Assembly: GCA_964016885.1 (NCBI GenBank)
Contig: OZ024745.1
Span: 91,946,001 to 92,010,000 of the forward strand
Origin: Eledone cirrhosa
Lineage: Eukaryota
Direction: 5' to 3'
Length of the DNA stretch: 64,000 bases
In this document: positions 56,451 through 64,000 of the stretch, one piece after another
How the letters are laid out: each line of letters opens with the position of its first letter
Position numbering within the stretch: position 1 is the stretch's first letter
Notes under the pieces: generated by a model
Told to the model about the DNA's origin: nothing
What the model saw: the letters and a program-made list of their open reading frames with translations, nothing else
Database searches by the model: none
Position numbers and translations under genes: made by a program

Positions 56451-59400
56451 TATCAAACAGCTCCACTAGATACAGTAAATTATATTACTCTGCCTCAGTA
56501 TCAAACAGCTCCACTAGATACAGTAAGTTATATTACTCAGCCTGAGTATCAAACAGCTCCACTAGATACAGTAAGTTATATTACTCTGTCTGAGTATCAA
56601 ACAGCTCCACTATATACAGTAGGTTATATTACTCTGCCTGAGTATCAAACAGCTCCCCTAGATACAGTAGGTTATATTACTCTGCCTGAGTATCAAACAG
56701 CTCCACTAGATACAGTAAGTTATATTACTCTGCCTGAGTATCAAACAGCTCCACTAGATACAGTAAGTTATATTACTCTGCCTGAGTATCAAACAGCTCC
56801 ACTAGATACAGTAAGTTATATTACTCTGCCTGAGTATCAAGCAGCTCCACTAGATACAGTAAGTTATATTACTCTGTCTGAGTATCAAACAGCTCCACTA
56901 GATACAGTAAGTTTTATTACTCTGCCTGAGTATCAAACAGCTCCACTAGATACAGTAAGTTATATTACTCTGCCTGAATATCAAACAGCTCCACTAGATA
57001 CAGTAAGTTATATTACTCTGCCTGAGTATCAAGCAGCTCCACTAGATACAGTAAGTTATATTACTCTGTCTGAGTATCAAACAGCTCCACTAGATACAGT
57101 AAGTTTTATTACTCTGCCTGAGTATCAAACAGCTCCACTAGATACAGTAAGTTATATTACTCTGCCTGAGTATCAAACAGCTCCACTAGATACAGTAAGT
57201 TATATTACTCTGCCTGAGTATCAAACAGCTCCACTAGATACAGTAAGTTATATTACTCTGTCTGATTATCAAACAGCTCCCCCAGATACAGTAAGTTATT
57301 TTACTCTGCCTGAGTATCAAACAGCTCCACTAGATACAGTAAGTTATATTATTCTGTCTGAGTATCAAACCGCTCCACTAGATACAGTAAGTTATATTAC
57401 TCTGCCTGAGTATCAAACAGCTCCACTAGATACAGTAAGTTATATTACTCTGTCTGATTATCAAACAGCTCCCCCAGATACAGTAAGTTATTTTACTCTG
57501 TCTGCGTATCAAACAGCTCCACTAGATACAGTAAGTTATATTACTCTGTCTGAGTATCAAACCGCTCCACTAGATACAGTAAGTTATTTTACTCTGCCTG
57601 AGTATCAAACAGCTCCACTAGATACAGTAAGTTATATTATTCTGTCTGAGTATCAAACCGCTCCACTAGATACAGTAAGTTATATTACTCTGCCTGAGTA
57701 TCAAACAGCTCCACTAGATACAGTAAGTTATATTACTCTGTCTGATTATCAAACAGCTCCCCCAGATACAGTAAGTTATTTTACTCTGTCTGCGTATCAA
57801 ACAGCTCCACTAGATACAGTAAGTTATATTACTCTGTCTGAGTATCAAACCGCTCCACTAGATACAGTAAGTTATATTACTCTGCCTGAGTATCAAACAG
57901 CTCCACTAGATACAGTAAGTTATATTACTCTGTCTGATTATCAAACAGCTCCACTAGATACAGTAAGTTATATTACTCTGCCTGAGTATCAAACAGCTCC
58001 CCCAGATACAGTAAGTTATATTACTCTGCCTGAGTATCAAACAGCTCCACTAGATACAGTAAGTTATATTATTCTGTCTGAGTATCAAACAGCTCCACTA
58101 GATACAGTAAGTTATATTACTCTGTCTGAGTATCAAACAGCTCCACTAGATACAGTAAGTTATATTACTCTGCCTCAGTATCAAACAGCTCCACTAGATA
58201 CAGTAAGTTATATTACTCTGTCTGAGTATCAAACAGCTCCACTATATACAGTAGGTTATATTACTCTGCCTGAGTATCAAACAGCTCCCCTAGATACAGT
58301 AGGTTATATTACTCTGCCTGAGTATCAAACAGCTCCACTAGATACAGTAAGTTATATTACTCTGCCTGAGTATCAAACAGCTCCACTAGATACAGTAAGT
58401 TATATTACTCTGCCTGAGTATCAAACAGCTCCACTAGATACAGTAAGTTATATTACTCTGCCTGAGTATCAAGCAGCTCCACTAGATACAGTAAGTTATA
58501 TTACTCTGTCTGAGTATCAAACAGCTCCACTAAATACAGTAAGTTATATTACTCTGTCTGCGTATCAAACAGCTCCACTAGATACAGTAAGTTATATTAC
58601 TCTGTCTGAGTATCAAACAGCTCCACTAGATAAAGTAAGTTATATTACTCTGCCTGAGTATTAAACAGCTCCACTAGATACTGTAAGTTATATTACTCTG
58701 TCTGCGTATCAAACAGCTCCACTAGATACAGTAAGTTATATTACTCTGTCTGAGTATCAAACCGCTCCACTAGATACAGTAAGTTATATTACTCTGCCTG
58801 AGTATCAAACAGCTCCACTAGATACAGTAAGTTATATTACTCTGTCTGATTATCAAACAGCTCCACTAGATACAGTAAGTTATATTACTCTGCCTGAGTA
58901 TCAAACAGCTCCCCCAGATACAGTAAGTTATATTACTCTGCCTGAGTATCAAACAGCTCCACTAGATACAGTAAGTTATATTATTCTGTCTGAGTATCAA
59001 ACAGCTCCACTAGATACAGTAAGTTATATTACTCTGTCTGAGTATCAAACAGCTCCACTAGATACAGTAAATTATATTACTCTGCCTCAGTATCAAACAG
59101 CTCCACTAGATACAGTAAGTTATATTACTCAGCCTGAGTATCAAACAGCTCCACTAGATACAGTAAGTTATATTACTCTGTCTGAGTATCAAACAGCTCC
59201 ACTATATACAGTAGGTTATATTACTCTGCCTGAGTATCAAACAGCTCCCCTAGATACAGTAGGTTATATTACTCTGCCTGAGTATCAAACAGCTCCACTA
59301 GATACAGTAAGTTATATTACTCTGCCTGAGTATCAAACAGCTCCACTAGATACAGTAAGTTATATTACTCTGCCTGAGTATCAAACAGCTCCACTAGATA

Positions 59401-59960
59401 CAGTAAGTTATATTACTCTGCCTGAGTATCAAGCAGCTCCACTAGATACAGTAAGTTATATTACTCTGTCTGAGTATCAAACAGCTCCACTAGATACAGT
59501 AAGTTTTATTACTCTGCCTGAGTATCAAACAGCTCCACTAGATACAGTAAGTTATATTACTCTGCCTGAATATCAAACAGCTCCACTAGATACAGTAAGT
59601 TATATTACTCTGCCTGAGTATCAAGCAGCTCCACTAGATACAGTAAGTTATATTACTCTGTCTGAGTATCAAACAGCTCCACTAGATACAGTAAGTTTTA
59701 TTACTCTGCCTGAGTATCAAACAGCTCCACTAGATACAGTAAGTTATATTACTCTGCCTGAGTATCAAACAGCTCCACTAGATACAGTAAGTTATATTAC
59801 TCTGCCTGAGTATCAAACAGCTCCACTAGATACAGTAAGTTATATTACTCTGTCTGATTATCAAACAGCTCCCCCAGATACAGTAAGTTATTTTACTCTG
59901 CCTGAGTATCAAACAGCTCCACTAGATACAGTAAGTTATATTATTCTGTCTGAGTATCAA
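55250..59960. repeat. Second 54-monomer (2592-bp) duplication containing a 6-monomer (288-bp) local duplication
   Basis: The GTAAATTAT...CCTCAG variant lies at ~56479 and ~59071, and TAA at 56070/58662 (offset 2592). CCCCCAGATACAGTAAGTTATTTTACTCTGTCTGCG lies at 57471 and 57759 (offset 288). Boundaries are approximate. Confidence 0.85.
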
Positions 59961-62900
59961 ACAGCTCCACTAGATACAGTAAGTTATATTACTCTGTCTG
60001 AGTATCAAACAGCTCCACTAAATACAGTAAGTTATATTACTCTGTCTGCGTATCAAACAGCTCCACTAGATACAGTAAGTTATATTACTCTGTCTGAGTA
60101 TCAAACAGCTCCACTAGATAAAGTAAGTTATATTACTCTGCCTGAGTATTAAACAGCTCCACTAGATACTGTAAGTTATATTACTCTGTCTGCGTATCAA
60201 ACAGCTCCACTAGATACAGTAAGTTATATTACTCTGTCTGAGTATCAAACCGCTCCACTAGATACAGTAAGTTATATTACTCTGCCTGAGTATCAAACAG
60301 CTCCACTAGATACAGTAAGTTATATTACTCTGTCTGATTATCAAACAGCTCCACTAGATACAGTAAGTTATATTACTCTGCCTGAGTATCAAACAGCTCC
60401 CCCAGATACAGTAAGTTATATTACTCTGCCTGAGTATCAAACAGCTCCACTAGATACAGTAAGTTATATTATTCTGTCTGAGTATCAAACAGCTCCACTA
60501 GATACAGTAAGTTATATTACTCTGTCTGAGTATCAAACAGCTCCACTAGATACAGTAAGTTATATTACTCTGCCTCAGTATCAAACAGCTCCACTAGATA
60601 CAGTAAGTTATATTACTCAGCCTGAGTATCAAACAGCTCCACTAGATACAGTAAGTTATATTACTCTGTCTGAGTATCAAACAGCTCCACTATATACAGT
60701 AGGTTATATTACTCTGCCTGAGTATCAAACAGCTCCCCTAGATACAGTAGGTTATATTACTCTGCCTGAGTATCAAACAGCTCCACTAGATACAGTAAGT
60801 TATATTACTCTGCCTGAGTATCAAACAGCTCCACTAGATACAGTAAGTTATATTACTCTGCCTGAGTATCAAACAGCTCCACTAGATACAGTAAGTTATA
60901 TTACTCTGCCTGAGTATCAAGCAGCTCCACTAGATACAGTAAGTTATATTACTCTGTCTGAGTATCAAACAGCTCCACTAGATACAGTAAGTTTTATTAC
61001 TCTGCCTGAGTATCAAACAGCTCCACTAGATACAGTAAGTTATATTACTCTGCCTGAATATCAAACAGCTCCACTAGAGACAGTAAGTTATATTACTCTG
61101 CCTGAGTATCAAACAGCTCCACTAGATAAACTAAGTTATATTACTCTGCCTGAGTATCAAACAGCTCCACTAGATACAGTAAGTTATATTACTCTGTCTG
61201 AGTATCAAACAGCTCCACTAGATAAAGTAAGTTATATTACTCTGCCTGAGTATCAAGCAGCTCCACTAGATACAGTAAGTTATATTACTCTGTCTGATTA
61301 TCAAACAGCTCCACTAGATACAGTAAGTTATATTACTCTGTCTGAGTATCAAACAGCTCCACTAGATACAGTAAGTTATATTACTCTGCCTGAGTATCAA
61401 ACAGCTCCACTAGATACAGTAAGTTATATTACTCTGTCTGAGTATCAAACACCTCCACTAAATACAGTAAGTTATATTACTCTGTCTGCGTATCAAACAG
61501 CTCCACTAGATACAGTAAGTTATATTACTCTGTCTGAGTATCAAACAGCTCCACTAGATAAAGTAAGTTATATTACTCTGCCTGAGTATCAAACAGCTCC
61601 ACTAGATACTGTAAGTTATATTACTCTGTCTGCGTATCAAACAGCTCCACTGGATACAGTAAGTTATATTACTCTGTCTGAGTATCAAACCGCTCCACTA
61701 GATACAGTAAGTTATATTACTGTGCCTGAGTATCAAACAGCTCCACTAGATAAAGTAAGTTATATTACTCTGCCTGAGTATCAAACAGCTCCACTAGATA
61801 AAGTAAGTTATATTACTCTGCCTGAGTATCAAACAGCTCCACTAGATACAGTAAGTTATATTACTCTGCCTGAGTATCAAACAGCTCCACTAGATACAGT
61901 AAGTTATATTACTCTGTCTGATTATGAAACAGCTCCACTAGATACAGTAAGTTATATTACTCTGCCTGAGTATCAAACAGCTCCCCCAGATACAGTAAGT
62001 TGTATTACTCTGCCTGAGTATCAAACAGCTCCACTAGATACAGTAAGTTATGTTATTCTGTCTGAGTATCAAACAGCTCCACTAGATACAGTAAGTTATA
62101 TTACTCTGTCTGAGTATCAAACAGCTCCACTAGATACAGTAAGTTATATTACTCTGCCTGAGTATCAAACAGCTCCACTAGATACAGTAAGTTATATTAC
62201 TCTGCCTGAGTATCAAACAGCTCCACTAGATACAGTAAGTTATATTACTCTGTCTGAGTATCAAACAGCTCCACTAGATACAGTAGGTTATATTACTCTG
62301 CCTGAGTATCAAACAGCTCCCCTAGATACAGTAGGTTATATTACTCTGTCTGAGTATCAAACAGCTCCACTAGATACAGTAATTATATTACTCTGTCTGA
62401 GTATCAAACATCTCCACTTGATACAGTAAGTTATATTACTCTGCCTGAGTTTCAAACAGCTCCACTAGATACAGTAAGTTATATTACTCTGCCTGAGTAT
62501 CAAGCAGCTCCACTAGATACAGTAAGTTATATTACTCTGTCTGAGTATCAAACAGCTCCACTAGATACAGTAAGTTTTATTACTCTGCCTGAGTATCAAA
62601 CAGCTCCACTAGATACAGTAAGTTATATTACTCTGCCTGAGTATCAAACAGCTCCACTAGATACAGTAAGTTATATTACTCTGCCTGAGTATCAAACAGC
62701 TCCACTAGATACAGTAAGTTATATTACTCTGCCTGAGTATCAAGCAGCTCCACTAGATACAGTAAGTTATATTACTCTGTCTGAGTATCAAACAGCTCCA
62801 CTAGATACAGTAAGTTTTATTACTCTGCTCGAGTATCAAACAGCTCCACTAGATACAGTAAGTTATATTACTCTGCCTGAATATCAAACAGCTCCACTAG

Positions 62901-64000
62901 AGACAGTAAGTTATATTACTCTGTCTGAGTATCAAACAGCTCCACTAGATACAGTAAGTTATATTACTCTGTCTGAGTATCAAACAGCTCCACTTGATAC
63001 AGTAAGTTATATTACTCTGTCTGATTATCAAACAGCTCCCCCAGATACAGTAAGTTATTTTACTCTGCCTGAGTATCAAACAGCTCCACTAGATACAGTA
63101 AGTTATATTATTCTGTCTGAGTATCAAACAGCTCCACTAGATACAGTAAGTTATATTACTCTGTCTGAGTATCAAACAGCTCCACTAAATACAGTAAGTT
63201 ATATTACTCTGTCTGCGTATCAAACAGCTCCACTAGATACAGTAAGTTATATTACTCTGTCTGAGTATCAAACAGCTCCACTAGATAAAGTAAGTTATAT
63301 TACTCTGCCTGAGTATTAAACAGCTCCACTAGATACTGTAAGTTATATTACTCTGTCTGCGTATCAAACAGCTCCACTAGATACAGTAAGTTATATTACT
63401 CTGTCTGAGTATCAAACCGCTCCACTAGATACAGTAAGTTATATTACTCTGCCTGAGTATCAAACAGCTCCCCCAGATACAGTAAGTTATATTACTCTGC
63501 CTGAGTATCAAACAGCTCCACTAGATACAGTAAGTTATATTATTCTGTCTGAGTATCAAACAGCTCCACTAGATACAGTAAGTTATATTACTCTGTCTGA
63601 GTATCAAACAGCTCCACTAGATACAGTAAGTTATATTACTCTGCCTCAGTATCAAACAGCTCCACTAGATACAGTAAGTTATATTACTCAGCCTGAGTAT
63701 CAAACAGCTCCACTAGATACAGTAAGTTATATTACTCTGTCTGAGTATCAAACAGCTCCACTATATACAGTAGGTTATATTACTCTGCCTGAGTATCAAA
63801 CAGCTCCCCTAGATACAGTAGGTTATATTACTCTGCCTGAGTATCAAACAGCTCCACTAGATACAGTAAGTTATATTACTCTGCCTGAGTATCAAACAGC
63901 TCCACTAGATACAGTAAGTTATATTACTCTGCCTGAGTATCAAACAGCTCCACTAGATAAAGTAAGTTATATTACTCTGCCTGAGTATCAAACAGCTCCA

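Larger units (their letters stand above)
4315..62382. repeat. 14 copies of a 47-bp variant monomer (GTAAGTTAT to GTAATTAT) marking large higher-order repeat units
   Basis: The deletion follows positions ~4315, 8970, 13097, 19000, 23079, 26678, 28021, 29460, 37235, 40498, 43473, 46592, 49711 and 62382. Spacings are all 48n-1, with n = 97, 86, 123, 85, 75, 28, 30, 162, 68, 62, 65, 65, 264. Each is followed by ACATCTCC, then GAGTTTCAA, then CAAGCAG monomers. Confidence 0.95.
1..64000. repeat. 48-bp-monomer tandem satellite/minisatellite array, 1333 full monomers plus 30 bp, running to both window edges
   Basis: The consensus ATTACTCTG(C/T)CTGAGTATCAAACAGCTCCACTAGATACAGTAAGTTAT recurs every 48 bp from position 1 to the last monomer start at 63971. 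All copies are in the same orientation and typically differ from consensus by 0-3 substitutions. Position 10 (C/T) is the main polymorphism. Most monomers carry AGCT, CTAG and CTGAG. Confidence 0.99.

Noticed and set aside
4315-62382. 1-bp deletions as random sequencing errors
   Set aside because: All 14 hit the same non-homopolymer G and are linked to the same neighbouring variants, indicating inheritance by duplication.
247-62429. The 12 listed ORFs as protein-coding genes (mucin-, adhesin- or ice-nucleation-like repeat proteins)
   Set aside because: Starts are sporadic GTG/TTG/ATG variants inside an already open frame. Ends are amplified TAA or frameshift alleles. There is no unique domain or signal peptide, and the variant spectrum looks neutral. 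The 48-bp/16-aa period matches ice-nucleation proteins, but the sequence does not resemble their AGYGST-type repeat.
1-64000. CRISPR array
   Set aside because: Monomers abut directly with no unique spacers, and there is no leader or cas gene.
1-64000. Recursive-splicing ratchet points (YAG|GT) at CAGTAAGT
   Set aside because: The AG and GT share a single G, so the sequence is not the required AG|GT juxtaposition.
1-64000. Binary C/T (Pro/Ser) pattern as an information code or DGR-like diversification
   Set aside because: The pattern is copied along with the higher-order blocks and is explained by duplication history. Variants are not adenine-specific, and no reverse transcriptase or template/variable repeat pair is present.
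1-64000. Telomeric repeat, tRNA/5S/snRNA tandem gene array, transposon insertion or inversion
   Set aside because: There are no G-rich telomere motifs or recognisable RNA gene sequence. The 48-bp register is unbroken apart from 14 single-base deletions, and all monomers are co-oriented.

Overview
The whole 64,000-bp window is one uninterrupted, head-to-tail array of a 48-bp monomer, consensus ATTACTCTG(C/T)CTGAGTATCAAACAGCTCCACTAGATACAGTAAGTTAT (about 36-37% GC, no CpG in the consensus). It holds 1333 complete monomers plus a final 30-bp partial one. The arithmetic closes exactly with 14 single-base deletions, all at the same G (63,970+14 = 48x1333). I found no unique sequence, transposon, RNA gene, inversion or CRISPR spacer. 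One of six frames is stop-free in the consensus (ITLPEYQTAPLDTVSY), which explains every listed ORF. These ORFs start at variant GTG/TTG/ATG codons and end at a recurrent TAA variant (about 25 copies) or the recurrent frameshift, so they are most likely not genes. The information lies in the ordered pattern of monomer variants. It shows nested higher-order repeats (6, 9, 19, 28, 30, 54, 62/65 and about 183-209 monomers), three lineages of the 47-bp marker monomer, a younger right-hand domain and a likely gene-conversion patch. Two speculative points deserve testing. Each monomer splits into a 24-nt GTAAGT...AG half and a 24-nt in-frame half, as if an exon/intron junction had been amplified. 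Many recurrent variants also perfect local quasi-palindromes. A eukaryotic origin is likely but is inference; the organism cannot be identified. All counts are manual.
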